DNA of 64,000 bases from positions 1,426,001-1,490,000 of the forward strand of contig JAUPSS010000005.1 of NCBI GenBank assembly GCA_040285825.1, in the 5' to 3' direction. Positions 29,201 through 44,200 of the stretch are shown piece after piece. The first letter of the stretch is position 1. Each line of letters begins with the position of its first letter. The position numbers were made by a program, and so were the translations under genes. The notes under the pieces were generated by a model, which saw only the letters and a list, made by a program, of their open reading frames with translations, did not search any database and was not told where the DNA came from. Source of the DNA: Eukaryota sp. TZLM1-RC (lineage: Eukaryota > Protista > Metamonada: BaSk clade).

Positions 29201-32200
29201 AATTAATTTAAAAAGTGATGCTATTCTTAATCTCAACACGGGAAAGGATGTAATTTGTTTAGATTTTTTCAATCTTAATGATAACTCCACCAGGTCTGGT
29301 ACTGATGCACTAATTGTTAAAAAAAGTTCCCTTATTACCGGTGGAAGATTCTCTGATTCTGGGAAAACTTTATTTGAAGAAACTGTTGAATTTAAGAGTT
29401 ATGATGCCAAAACTATAACTAATAACGCCAAAGTTGAGTTGTTAGCTGATTCTATTGTTAATTCTGATGTAGATACACTTTATATGGGTCAAGAAGCGGA
29501 ATTAATTCTTGGTGACAGTGTTAATTTTGATATCCATAGTGCTCTTTTTATTGTTCATTTACCATTCGAGTCAAATCGAGCCAATTTCATTTTTAAATCT
29601 GGTAGTATAGTCAATTTCAAACAATCTGCGCTTATTTCACCCTTTTTACAAGGAACGGTCACTATCAATGTTGAGTCAGACCCTGTTACTTTGGCTGGAG
29701 GAGGTGATTTGACCTCTTCAATTTTTAATGTTCATGACGGTTTTGTTATTTTTGATGGTATCTGTTTTGACTCCACTAGTGAAGTACCTTGTATTGAACC
29801 CTTATTTTTTGAAATCGATTCACACTCTGTATTTAAATCACTTCCATCCAGCATTAGAACCAAACCTAATGTTTATGTTTCTTTTGCAGGTATTTATGAT
29901 TTGGAACCAAATTATGTACATTTAGGCGGTATTTTTGAATTTTGTAGGTCAAATGAAATGAATTTGGATTCCATAACTTCTATTGGTGGTACTTTTAGAA
30001 GTGTGACATCCCTATCTCAACAAGGTTATAACTGTTTTACCTCACTAACATCAACTCGGGGTACTATCGAATTCATAGATACTCATGATATTATTACTCC
30101 TTTTGTTAATCTTATTGGTGGTTATTTATTGTTTGATTCTTCTTTTACAACAGAAGAAGCTCTTTACTTACCATTGACTCACATTAAAGCCAATTCCACT
30201 ATTAACTTTACTGATACATCTGCATATTTAGAAAATGTTTTCTTTGAGAATGGTACCATTTGTGCAATTAAGTCAGATATATACATTTCAAATTCGTTGA
30301 GCGTAGAGGCCGGAAATTTCTTGACTGACAATGCAAATTTAATTATCACTAGTGAAGCATCTGTACTATTTTCTGGTGGTGCTGACAAACAGCTCCTCGA
30401 AAATTCCCAAGTCAACCTAGACGGCACTCTGATTTGGGATTCAGATGGATATTTTATTGGTCATTCTGGTGCTGCTTTTACCGTCGTTGAAGGTGCCAAT
30501 ATTACTTTATTATCACCCTCAGTATGGAAGCAGTCTGATGTTTCCAATGAAACTAGGCCTCTTTTTCACCTTGCTTCGCCCTCTGCGGTGTTGACTGTAA
30601 TGAATGATTTTGATATTTCTTGGTATATTTATTCTGAAGCCCAAATCGATGTCATTAATGATTCCAAATTCAGAGTTGCTGGGGGTGGGTTTTTCAATTC
30701 CGATATTGTGTTATGTGCTAGCTGTCATCTTGAATTAGTCGATGGGGAGTTTAAATTTCCCTCCCATTCTAGATTAAGAGGATTAAACAATAACATGGAG
30801 GGTATTTTTTCCATATCTGACAGTTCTTCTGTACTAATTGAAGGTTTGTTTTCACTTGATCCTAATATCGTTCTTGGATCTGGCCATTTATACTTTATGA
30901 AGGGTTCTGTTTATAATATTTCTTCTCTAGTTGTACCAGAAGGTGGATCTATTGAGTTCTCTGAGTGTCCTGATAATGGATTTTTTGAACTATCTCATTT
31001 GGTTATAGAAGGTTCCGTTGAATTTAGCTCCTTGAAGTGTGATGTTGTTGTTTCTAGCTTAATTATTAAGGGCGGTTCCCTATCTTTTTCTAATTTAACT
31101 GGAAGTATTCAAATTCTAGGAATGGCTATTAGCGGCGGATCTATGGTATTTTCCGAACTTGTTGAACCTCTTCATTTAGATTTCCTTGATGTGAACGGAA
31201 CTCATGTTGTTTTTGATACAAATCGTGAAGTTGTTATAAACAATATGACTTTATTTGGATCTTCCAAGATTTCGGGCCCGGATATTGTTCATATCACTGA
31301 CTATTTCACTTGGTTTGGAGGTGATTTTAGTGAAGTTTCAGTTATTGTTGGTGATTATTCTCATTTTATTTTGTCTAGCCCTACCTCAAAGTCCATGTCT
31401 AACGCCAGTATTACGGTATCAAACACTGCTTTTGTTGATGATTTTGTAAATGTTGAGTTTTACTCTCATTCAAGTTTAGCTTTTTCAGGCCATTCTGTCG
31501 TTGATTTTTATAATTCTCCTTCTTTTGTTTCAAATTCTCTTAGTAGCTCCAACAATTATTTTGTTCTAAATGGTACAAGTTCTATTCATTTCGGAACACT
31601 TAAAATTGACATTTATTTGCTTCATTATGGATATTTAGTTGGTAATTCATCATCAATTGTTTTGTCCTATGGTGGTGATGTTTACGGTTATATGGAATTT
31701 TTTGGTTTTGGAACATTTGAAATTTTGGATAAGGGATCATTCATTTTCCACTCTAGTTCTTTACTACTCGGATCTAATATGTTTTTTTCCATTAATTACA
31801 CTGATCGCAATTCCAACTGTAATTATGTTGGAAATTCGCCTGAAGTTGTATTTTATGGTAATTACTCCTTAAGCGACGACAACCTGTTCGTTGGTTTTGG
31901 AAGTATTTATTTCGAACCTGGATCCACATTTACCATTACTCATTTAGTTATTCACTACCCTGCTGTGGTGAAGTTTTCTGGTAACGAAGGTTCTTTGTGG
32001 ACTTTGAATTACTTGTTTGTGTCTGGTTATCTAGAAGTTTTTGATTTACACAGGGACTTGAATATTGTTAATTTTGTTCAGATTGGTACCGAATCAACTG
32101 TAATTTGGGAAGATATTCATTCTCCATTCTTTATAAGTCAAGCTTACATTGAAAGTGGATGGACCCATTTTTCTGAATGTAAAGATTTAGAGGTACTAGA

Positions 32201-35200
32201 TTTTTCCTTATTCAATGCCACAATGTCTATTCAGCAATTGGCCAATCTTCTAATTCACTATTTAGATTTCAAATATTCGTCCATTTCTTTCCTGGAAAAT
32301 GATACCCCAATTAGGATTAATGACATCACTATTGAAAAGCAGTCTGTTTTCGTCAGCAACACAGGTCATGTTATTAAAACAAATCGTATCTTGTTAAATG
32401 ATTCTATAGTTACAGGTATTGATAGTGTTGAATCTGAAGAATTCTTTTTCCATTCTGGCTCGGTTGACCTTTATATTACTTCCCAATTTATTTATTTTGA
32501 AAAGAGTTTTGACAAGGTGTTACTAGCCAATTCTAGTATCACAGTTGTTAATCATGCTGTTTGGAATGAAGGTTTTATTATTGGACACTCTCTTGCCTCT
32601 ATTATTGTTGACGAATTTGCATACTTTGATTTAAACGGTGAATCTTTGTTTTACCCCAGATCAGTCAAACCCTCAACTTTTCATAATGCCCCCCGTTTCA
32701 TTATTAAGGGTCAAGCAAGTAAAATTTCTCCCGCTGATTTAATTTGTTCATTTGAGTTTTTTATTGCCAAATTCGGTTCATTTAATCTGGATAAGGGAAA
32801 ACTTTATTTATCAGCTGGTGGTGAATCACTGGGTGTATTCTATTCCAAAGATTCTTCTCATTTGGAACTAGGTCCTTATAGAACCAAGTTTGGTTATGCC
32901 TTTGGTTTTGAATTGCTATCTTTTGGCCAAGGTTCTAATACTGTAATTAATGGATTACTTTCCCTTCATCAATATTCAACCCTCAAGGTTTCCGGTCAAT
33001 TTGAGTTGCTGACTGCTTCCATTAATCGGGGTTTAATTTATTTCGGTAATAGTGCCAACCTCACTGCTGATTCTTGGTCTTGTTTTGACTATTGTTCTAT
33101 GGTAGTTAGAGGTTCTGAATTAATTAATTTTGATAATTTTGTTTCTGTACACAATGGTGGCTGTATTTATTTTGAAGATATTATTTCCCACCTTTACATT
33201 CCTTATTTGAATGTAAATGGTGGAGTTATACTTTTTTCCACTGGAACTGATGTTACAATTGGCGTATTCGATTTCATTTCTGGTAATATTGAAGGTACCG
33301 ATGATGTAGTAATAACACAATCAGGATTCTGGAAGAATGGTAGAATTGGTTCCCATAGAGATAAGGGAGAACAATTTGAGTTGGTTTTTGGTTCAAACTC
33401 TTTTGTATTATTCGAAGACTGCTACCTCAAACATTTGAGTTTTAATGCCTCAGTTACTAATAATGGAACCATGGCTTTTGTTGAAGATTTTACCTTTTAC
33501 TCTTACCAAAATGCAGTATTTGCTAATAATGGTTTGCTTCAATTTGGACACCTATGTGGAGATGTTTTATGTAGCGACTTAGATAATTTTTTCTTTTCAG
33601 TAATGGATGTAAATAGAACGGACAGTGCTGATTTGCCCATTTTTATTAATAATGGCAACTTCATCAAACTACCTGACACTGGTCATTTAACAAATCAACT
33701 GAGGTTTTTACAAACTAATGCTGGTGTTTTTGATTTAAAATCCACAGTATTTAGGCAGTTCCAGGGCAATGCTACACTTGATGGATTGTTCAATTTTGAT
33801 CCTTTTACCACTTTTGATGTTTATAATTCCTTGGTTATTGTCACTGAAGATGCAGTTTTTGATGGTTTAGAAGCTACGTTGCGTACTAACGGTTTAGGTG
33901 AAATAGTATTTAGTGGGAGATACAATTTAACTCTTGATTTTGTACACGATATAGGTACGTTTACTTTTACTAATAAGACTTGTATTGATCTTGATACCAT
34001 TACTATTCATGATGGTATATTAAACTTTTACGAAGGTAAAGAACGAAGTGAAATTTTTGATTTTGATTTATTAGCAATTCATGGTGGTAAATTCACCATT
34101 ACTGAAGTTAGTCAGCCATTCTTCATCAGCCTTTTGAAACAAACCGATGGAGAATTAATCGTTGACGCAATTAATAACTATCTTACCTTTGATGCGGTTG
34201 ATTTTGAAGGAGGAAAAGCTACATTTAAAGATGTATTACGCAACACCACTTTTATTTCAAAACCTCAGAATTTAGGTGGTTCTTTTTCCTTAATTAATTC
34301 TTATGATTGGTTGGTATTTGAAAGTGGTTTGTATGTTGAGACTGGACATACTTTGTTCATTAGTAATGTTTACAATAATGTTTGGACCCCAGAAAGTTTT
34401 TCCCTTGGTGGTGAGGTTACTTTTAAAAATTTACACAAAAACTTGTTAATTGATGATGAGTTTTCTGGTACCGATCGTTCTGTTGTCCTTTTCTCTAATG
34501 TTGAAGGCACTGTTCGAGTGTTGACTGAAATTAAAACTACTGGTGGAAGAACTACATTTGAAGATGTTGGCTTAGAATTTTACACACCAAAACTAACCGC
34601 AATTTTAGGGTCTACTATAACACTTGAAAGAGTTGTTGATGTTTTAATAGAAGATCAGATTCGCGTATCTGCTAGATTAACTATTAATCGCTTTTTGCAC
34701 CTCAATAGTCCACTATTTACTTTATCAGGAAATGCTGATGCAAGCATCAGAAATGGTGACGAGTATGTAAATATTACTGAATTATCTGGTACGGGGGGTG
34801 AATGCGAGCTTATTACCCTTCCTTTATTGACTATTGAAGTATTTGAACCCTATGGTACTGACTTTTTATTCGAAAATATTCAAGATGATTTTATTGTCCC
34901 TTCTTTTGAAATAAAAGGTGGATCTTTGGTTGAAATGAAGGACTTTTCTGGTGATTTTTCTATTATTCTGTATGATGTTGAAATTATTCAAGGTACGTTA
35001 CGATTAAATACTCGATATTTGGTCAATATTGACCACTTGGTATTAGATGGTGCCCATAGACATACTGCCACAAGAGATGGTAGTGATCGAGCCGTTGTTC
35101 ACCATGAAATTCATTTTAAAGGTGGAGGATTTAGGGGAGGTATCACTGAATCTGACGAACCTTTAATCATTTATACCCCTAAGGACAAATTAATTCATGG

Positions 35201-38200
35201 ATCTAGTACCAAGTTAGTGGCAAATGTATTGTGTACAATTGATGTGGACAATGGTGATATTCGTGGTGATTATAGCGGTACTCTGGAGTTGATGAATGTC
35301 ACTAATGTTGTTGGAGATTTTGTATTTTCTGTTCAAGACAACAATAATGTCAATCGTATTGGAATTTTCCGCAATTATGGCGAATTATATTTTAGAAATG
35401 CCACCAAACGACGTCATCTTCACTGGAAAGTTGAGCTGAAACCAGATACTATTAATGAAGTTTTAGATTTCGAATTTGCTCTTGGAACTGGTGGTGGTGT
35501 CATTGAGACCAATATTACCCTTTGCCCCACGTGTTTACTTGCTTTTAACTCTGAAATGAACCAGAATCAAGACACACATCACTTATTCACACCTACTTCA
35601 GCAATATCTTGCCCTACCTGTAGACTTGACTTTAGAACCGATGGTTCATATGTACGATTCAATGGTATTTTCGACCTACTCTCAGACCATACTCAATTAT
35701 TTGGACGGTTGTTTTTCCTTGAAGAAGCAAGACATCCTATTAATAAGCTGGTAATACGACGAGGCTATGTTTCTTTTGATCGTAGTATTTATTTTGGTTT
35801 GGAAAGTGGTCAGAACTTTACTTATGAATCTGTGGTTTTAAATGAATGTGGTAGGTTACGTCATGTTAGGTCTATTTATGGTATATTGTTTCCTAATTTA
35901 GATATTAGTGGAGGAATTCTTGATATTGTTCATCATGATTTACCATTTATTATCCCTGACGATCAGGAAATTAATAATGGTGGTGCCTTGAGACTAACTG
36001 ATTTCGATTACGATTGGATTACCCCTTCTTTAACCGTAAACCATGGGTACTTATCTCTCAATACTGGTAATCAAGTTTCAATAGATTCAATTACAATGAA
36101 TCTTCCAGATGAAAGTGACTTTTTCAGTAGTGATTGTCTAAGGCAAATAGGTTTTGATAGAAAACGAGACAACACTTACGAATCCTACAATCAATCTTCT
36201 ATTCACGGGACTGATATTCTTGAAGTTGATTTTCTTGACTGGAATGGTGGTGAATTAGCTATTCGTCAATTGGATGTTTTGTATATGCTCAACTCCTCTA
36301 ACGCCAAGGGAAGGGGAATGAGTAATAATATGGATTTAAATATTCATAATGATGCATTTATTGGGGGTCCTGGGGATGTTACCATGGATGCAAGGGATTC
36401 AAATGCTAGGGTAAATATACGTGTATTGGCTGATGGCCATGCAAGATTTGTTGATCCCGTTGAATTTAACACTCGATATCCATCTGGTGGTCGTAATCGT
36501 GAAAGGTATCATTATCTCATCAATTATGGTGCTTTAGACTTTCCTACTGAAGATATTAGAGTTGATTTGGAATTAAGAGTTTTACAGCACAATATATTTA
36601 CTGCTGCTGACGGTGCTACTGTCTTTTTTGATGCACCATCTGTTTCTTACGCATCTGCTCGTTATTTCCTTGAGGAAGATGCAAAATTACTTTTAGGTCC
36701 TTGGAATCATGACTTTAGAGAAGGTAATGTAGCAAGTGGTACAGGTAATATGCATTTACATGGTTGGAATCCTGGCAATAGAGACCATGCTGTGAGAAAT
36801 TCAGATCCTAGAGAGTGGAGACTTGAAGTTTTGTTTAATGGTTATTGGGATCTAAGCCATGTATTCAGTCAAGGTAATGGTGCTTGGTATTTTGGTGAAC
36901 ACGCTATTCTCAACATTACAGAATTTTATCTTCGAGATCGCTCTGTTTTAACCATTGATCATTCTACATCTGTTACAGGAAACTTTTCTTTGGATGTTTT
37001 CGATGTTGCCACTACTTCTGATGTTTATATTTATGGTTTACAAGAACCCGTTACCTCTAAAGTGTTGAGAATGAGTTCATCTGAATTTATTAGATTTGGA
37101 CAAACATCTGAAGCTACTTCATTTAGTGATGTGGAACTCTTTAACGGTGAAGCTGAATTTAGCACCACACATGATTTAACCCTCAATTCTTTAATTCTTG
37201 ATGGTGGTCATAAGAGTGGTTCAGATGATATTTATGTAAACGATTTGATTTGGCGTTGTGGTTATATAAGTGGATCTGGTAAGATTTATGTAAGCCGAAT
37301 TGGCAGAATTGAACACTGCATTAGTAGTTCTAGAACCAAAACCATAAGAGATACATCCAGAATTGTCTTTTTACCCTCAGCCCAATTGGATATTGATACA
37401 GGAAACACTGTCAGGTTACAAGACTCTTCATTAATCACTTCTGAATGTCCAACAACTATTCTTCGGTCCAGATTTGATGGTACAGGCCAAATTGTAAGTT
37501 TCCATGGCCCTTTTACCATAGTTGAAGGAAGTCATCTTCGTCGTTGGTATACTTCTATTTCAATCAGGAACAATTTCAATCATACAGCAGGTACAATTAG
37601 ATTTAGGGGTTCTCTTGATGTCTATGATGATTATTTTATTCAAGATTCATGTAGAGTTTTCTTCGAAAAATCTGGAGCTTGTTGGAGAAGATCTTATAAC
37701 GCCAAGTATATCTTCCATGATACATCCAGAGTAATTGAACAATTAGATACCGTTTCCCTTCAACCAGCCCAATTTAGACCTGATCATTGTGCTGCTCATG
37801 TGGAAGTTCGACACGTATTTTCATTCCAAAATCTTCAATTTGATACTGGTTTTGTCACTTTTACAGGCCCTGTGGATCTCTCTATATCCAGAATTCACAT
37901 TTCCTCTAATGCTACTTTGAATTTCCACCATTTAACCAATGATTTAGGCAGTGTTCGAGGCTTTGAAGTAATTGATGATGCAACTATGAGTTTTGAAACT
38001 GGTATTGGTTTAGTTACTTTTGATGGTTATGGTGTATTGGATGATAGGGGTACTATTAAAGGAACAGGTGATAACATTGTGATTAATTCTACTGATATCA
38101 ATTCTGATGAAGTTTTTGAATGGAGAGGAGGTGGTTTCAGTGGTTATATGGTTGTTGATATATTCAATCCATTGGATATCACCAGTAATTCTGCTAAACG

Positions 38201-41200
38201 CCTTGAAAACATGGTCCATGTCATTATTCATGAAGAAGTTCGATGGACTGGAAGTGGTGCTTTCAATGGTTATGATGACTCTACGTTTGAAATTAGTCCC
38301 ACTGGTTCCTTAACTTTAACCTCTAATACTGAACTTGTTTGTAATCATCGGTCTGGTAATTCATCACTTACTCCCAAAGTTTGTGATGCCCTGTTTGTAA
38401 TTAATGGAGAGCTCAATTTGATGCCATTCTTGGTACGTTTCAGGAGTTTCTGGAACTTCAAGGTAAATGGCGAATTTAATATCGAATTTGGTACTTTCGA
38501 AGCTTATGCTGCTGTGCTTGGTAATGGCAACTTTACTATCAATACACCTGGTACTTTGGCTTTCCATTCAGAGTCGGAACTATCGGTTCTGGGACCAACT
38601 TCAAGAGTTATTTGTCACGGTGAAGTTCGTCTTTATTCCAATGCAGTTGTTCATTTACATGGTTACTTCTGTACTGATTCAGATGTACGTATAAATGAAG
38701 GTACTTTGATATTTGATGATGATGCATTATTAGCAAATTCTTTTAATCTTGAGGTTGTTTATGGCGAAGCAAGGTTCAAGAAGGTTTCACAAATGGTCCC
38801 TCTTCGATCAGTAACTTGCCATTACGGTGATGTTAACTTTTTCACCAATACCTTGATTACTATCACCGATTTGGTTTTGATTAATGGTTTTTCTGGTGGT
38901 TATGACGAGGTTCACGTAACCAATCATTTGGATTGGCAAGGTGGTGGTTTTGGGGAAAATGCAATGGTTGTTATCCTGAACACAGCCGAAGCTGCACCTC
39001 AAGGTTTTGATCGTTTTATGTATAATCATTCTGTTTTAATTAATAGAGGAGAATTTGATGTTATTGGTTTTGGAATTTTTTATGGTTCAGAAGCCCAAAT
39101 GATTAACGAGGAGGGCGCAGAGATGATATTTCTACAAGCTCTTACATGGATTGATGATTCTTGCAGCCACACAAGGTCAATTCTCCTCAACCAAGGAACC
39201 ATTACGATATTTGTTTCCACTTTTTCTAATGAATTTTATTTTGAAAACTATGGTCTGGTTGATCTACAATTTGGAGAATTTATAATGACTGGAGGTGGCT
39301 TTTCTGTTTATGAAGTCATTTGTCAACCAAATACTAGAATTGGAGTTGTTGGAGATCCTTTTACTTTTGAAGATGCTCCTGGTGCTAGAATTGTTGGTAG
39401 TGGTTTTTATTTCATTATTAGGGAAGCTACAGGGATTATCTATATTAAAACTGAGTTTTCACTTTTTGAATGCCAAGTTGAAGATAATGGTCATTTAATC
39501 ATTACTGATGGGGCTCGTATTACAGAAGATGTTTCTCTTACCGTTAGAGGTACTCATGTTGTTTTTGAAAAGTTTACTGTCGTTGATGGAGGAAAATTTG
39601 AAAGACTTCATTTAAGAGTGCAAGGTATTGTGTCATTTATTACTGGATTAGATATTCACCTAGATTCACTTACTATCCAGGGAGGTTTCCGAGGTGGTTC
39701 TGATACACTTTATATTGCTAATCAATTTGATTGGCGAGAAGGTGGTGGTTTCTTTTCTTCTGGTGACAAGCAGTCAGTTACTATTGCTGAGAAGGGTTGT
39801 GTTATTCACGATACTTGGGAAAAAGATGTAGGTGACTTTGCAACTGTTATTTTCAATGGTCCAGTTGAATGGCGTCGAGATTGTCCCATTGTTGGTGGTA
39901 AAAACGCCCGTGTAATTTTTAACGAAATTCTACAAGTGTTAGATGGTGGATTTTTCTTGCTTGATTTTACCCCAGAATATTCTATTATTGATATGGATAC
40001 CGAACTAGCCCACACCACACCAGATAGTTTGCCAGTAGTTTACGTTAATAATGGAATGGAGTTGTTTGAGAGTGGAAATGGATTTACTTTGGAATGGGAG
40101 TTACAAAATTCAGCCAATATCACTATTCCAGATGATTTTGTAATGAAAGTTCTTTCTGGAGGCTTTCATTCCAATTCATCACGTTTACTTTCCTCCCCTG
40201 GATCTACTCTTGAAGTAGGTGCTCCTTATCCCTATATTTTTGATGAAGAAAGTTGGTTTTATGCTGAAAAATCAATTATAAAAATGACTCCTGGATCTTT
40301 AATGTCTTTTGATGGGTTTGTTTGCTTTGATTCTGCAGTCATTGGACCTGCTGGAACAATTATTATAAGAGAAAATGCAACCATGTGTAGACCAACTGGC
40401 ATCATTCTGGAAGGGACTGAGTTAATTTTTGAAGAAGATACTGAAATATGTGACTTCACTTTGAAGGGTGATTACAAGTTTCATCCTCAAGATAATTGGT
40501 CCATCACTTGTTCATTCACTTGGTATAGAGGGGTTATTCGGGTTGGATCATTCTTAATTATTGAATCTCAAGCTACGTTCTTCTTGGAATCAGACCCTGA
40601 AATAAATCAACCAAAAGAAGATACGATTTATCATGTTCTTGGGGAAGGCACTTCATTTGTCAATTATGGTTCTGGGTTAATCAAGTATGATTTATATGGT
40701 GATGTTGGTGCTAAATTTGTCAATAAAGGTGACTTGAATTTTCAAGCAGGAAATTGGGTACTGCTTGACAACCAAAATGCATCGTTACCTTATTTAATCA
40801 ATAGAAATGATTTAGTAATTGAAACATCTGGAGTAGTCAATTTTGATTGGAATATTACCCAACAATCTGGTCGTTTCAAGCTCAAAAAAGGTCACTTTAA
40901 TGTAAATGGCTTTGGTATTGTTTCAGATCAGTTTGAACTTGGCTCAGACACCATTCTTACTATCAACTCTGGATTTACTTTTTTTAATTCTAATGTTAGG
41001 TTATACTCGCCAAATCTGGTAGTAAATGATGCTTTTATCACGTTCAGTAACTGTTCTATTTATTGGGGAGACATTGACTATGATTTTAATTATGAAAATT
41101 CTATTGTGACATTTGATAAAGATACCACTATTAAAACCTCTCCCGGTCTTTTCGCTTTGACTGATGGTTTAATTGAATTGTTGGATGTTTTTGATGAGTT

Positions 41201-44200
41201 TACCTTAAATAAGTTTAAACAGACTGGTGGCTTGCTTTATGTGTCATCTTTACTTTTTGATCCAATTATTACCAACTATCAGTTCCAAGGAGGTCTAATT
41301 AACTCTGCTTCTGCATGGTCTGTGGCAGATTTTGTTTTCGAATCAGGTGAGTTTGTTGGTTCTGAAGTCTTCTCCCCCCAAAAGTTTACAATCAAAACTG
41401 ATGGAGAAAAGATTTGTAATACTAACCTCAATACTTTGTCTGGAGTCTTTGAATTTGGAACTGTTCTAGGTACCGATAACTGTGTGATTTCTAGTCCCAA
41501 CTTTACTATTGCAACACAGTCTTTGGCCAAACTTGAAGGATGTTCTGCTATTTACAAAAACCAAAAATTATTACATGTTAAATCTGGAACTTTTAAATTT
41601 AACTTTGGTGAATTGAACGGAGGTGAGGTTCTTGTCGATTCTCATCTTTTGTTTAGGAAATGCCAAACTTTGGTCAATTCTAGATTAAATGTTTCAAATG
41701 ATGGTAAAGTTTCGTTTGATTCCGAAGTAGTGTTTTCAGAAAGTTCTAAAATTGTTGGAACTGGTATAATAGAAATCAACAGTAATGTGGTTATCAATGG
41801 AATTGTTGATTTTGATGGATGTTTTGTAATTTCAGCGTGTGGTAATTTGACTCTGGATTCTGCAACTGTAAACAACATGAAAATGTGTCCTTCAAAATTT
41901 TACTTGTCCCCCAATGGAATTAACGACCAGTGCTGTGGTCCCTCTACATACCCTTGTTTGTCAGTTAGTAACATCATTGAAAAAATGGGTAATAACGGGA
42001 CAATTATTTTGAAAGAAGGCGTTTATAGAGGAACTAATTTCGATATAGATTTAGAATTTTTGGATGTTGTGTTTCAAGGTGAAGGTGACTCAAAAATGAC
42101 TGAAATACACATTTCATGTGAAGTTATTGTAAACAATTCCAATTTGGAATTCTCATTTGTGCAACTGATTTATTTTGGAACTTCACGCTTCATCTTCTTA
42201 GCAGAATCCACTGTTGTATTTAACAAGATGGAACTTGTTAGTCAATCTGCTAATGATGAACCCCTTATTACCATTGTTAAATCTAGGGTTGATTTTGATG
42301 ATGTAGTTTTTGTTGGTTATCGATCTCAATTTATTGTTGCTACTGATTCTACTATTGATTTAGAAACTGTTCTAGTTCGTGATTCCAAAGCCTCTGGACA
42401 TGTTGATTTAACCAATTCTAATCTCAAAGCAACTGATGTTGAATTCAACAACCTTGAAGGTAAAGTTTTTGATGTAAAGAGTGGTTCTGTTTTTGACGGT
42501 TTGCGTCTACAAATTTTAAATATTGATACTCCATCTGAGGCCCTTATGAAGATTTCCTCTAGTAAATTTTCTTTGATTGATTCTCAAATACTTGATTCAT
42601 CTGTTTTTAGATTAATTGATTCCATTTCTAAATCTGAAATTTCTTTAACTAATTTGGATATTGTCGATCTTACTTCTTATTCAGGTTCTTTTATCAATGC
42701 TGATGATTCAACCTTGGATTTCACCAATGTCAAAACTTTAGGTCCAGTTGATTCTGATGGTAAAGTTATCAGTGGATGTGCTAATGATGAACCTCTTATT
42801 ACCCTTGTTAAATCTAATGTTGTTTTTGTTGATGTAGATGTTGTTGGTTGTCAATCTCAATCTATTGTTGCTACTGATTCCACTATTGATTTAGAAACTG
42901 TTCTTGTTCGTGATTCTACTGCTACCGATAGTCACTTTAAATTAACCAATTCTAACCTCAAAGCAAGAAATATCTTTTTCCAGAATCTTTTTAGTCAAGC
43001 ATCAATAAATATTCAAAGGGCAAGTAATTTTCAGTCAAAGCCAATCAAATTTCAATCAAATTTCCAGTCAAAATCATTGTTGACTGCTGACAGTTCAGTT
43101 GTTCAAATGGACACTTTCATCATTGATAACTGTCATTTCGATGATAGCATTAACTATATCAATGATTCTGTAGTATCACTAAGTAATTTCTCGAACAATG
43201 CAAATCATCATTACCATGGATTTTATTTTATTGAATCCAAGAGTTCTCAAATTGACCTAGTTGGCCTTGTGTTTAATGAAAATTTGTTACTTAAAAAGGG
43301 AGTTGTCAAATCTTTTCAGTCAGATTACATCCTGAATGAGTTGGTTTTTGCTAATTCAAATGTACCACTATTTAATTCCGTAGAAAGTAATTTGGAATTT
43401 TATTCTTGTACTTTTGATAACGTTACGTTGTCAGAAGACTATTCTGCTTTGGAATTTCATCAAAGCAAAATTCTTTTACAAAACAGTTCTTTGACAAATT
43501 TTTATACAGACTTCAATAATACAGTACCATTGTTGCTCTGCTCTAGTTGTACCCTTCTAATCAAGGAATGTACTGTTGCTGATAATTATGGAGTTCTAAT
43601 TCATTGCATTAATGGCTCAACTTTCGAATTGGAGCAAAGTACTTTCAAACACAATGAATCACCTCTCAGCCCAATAATTCTAGAACAATCGACCAATAGT
43701 TTATTACATAATTATAATGTTTTTGAAAGTAACATTGGGTCCTTTGGTGGATGCATATCAATATTTAGTCCATTGAATTTCATTTGTGAGGACAATCTTT
43801 TCATCAACTCTTTTGCAACCCATGAAGGTGGATCACTGTATATTCAAGATAATCTATACAACTTAAATGTTACAATCAATAACAACAGTTTCATTGATAA
43901 CCAAGCCAACAGAGCTGGGGGTGCTATGTTTATAAACTTTTTGAATTTTGTTCACAATTTTGATGAATCGTTCATTGATGTTTTCGGCAATAATTTCCAT
44001 AACTGTAAAGCTAACCAATGGGGAAATGACGTAGCTTCTAATGGTTTTGCATTAAGTCTTGCCTGGATGGAAGCAGATTCAACAGCTCTGAATAGAACAC
44101 TGGCTGTCTCTATAATGGATTATTTTGGACAATTCATCAGTTTTGACGAAGATTATTCTAACCAATTGGAATTTTCCATCAAATCAAATGTTTTCGTGGA

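Noticed and set aside
492-41878. Numerous 60-110 aa antisense or alternate-frame ORFs inside the giant genes
   Set aside because: Shadow ORFs of the long coding frames with no motifs; some simply repeat with the duplicated cassettes.
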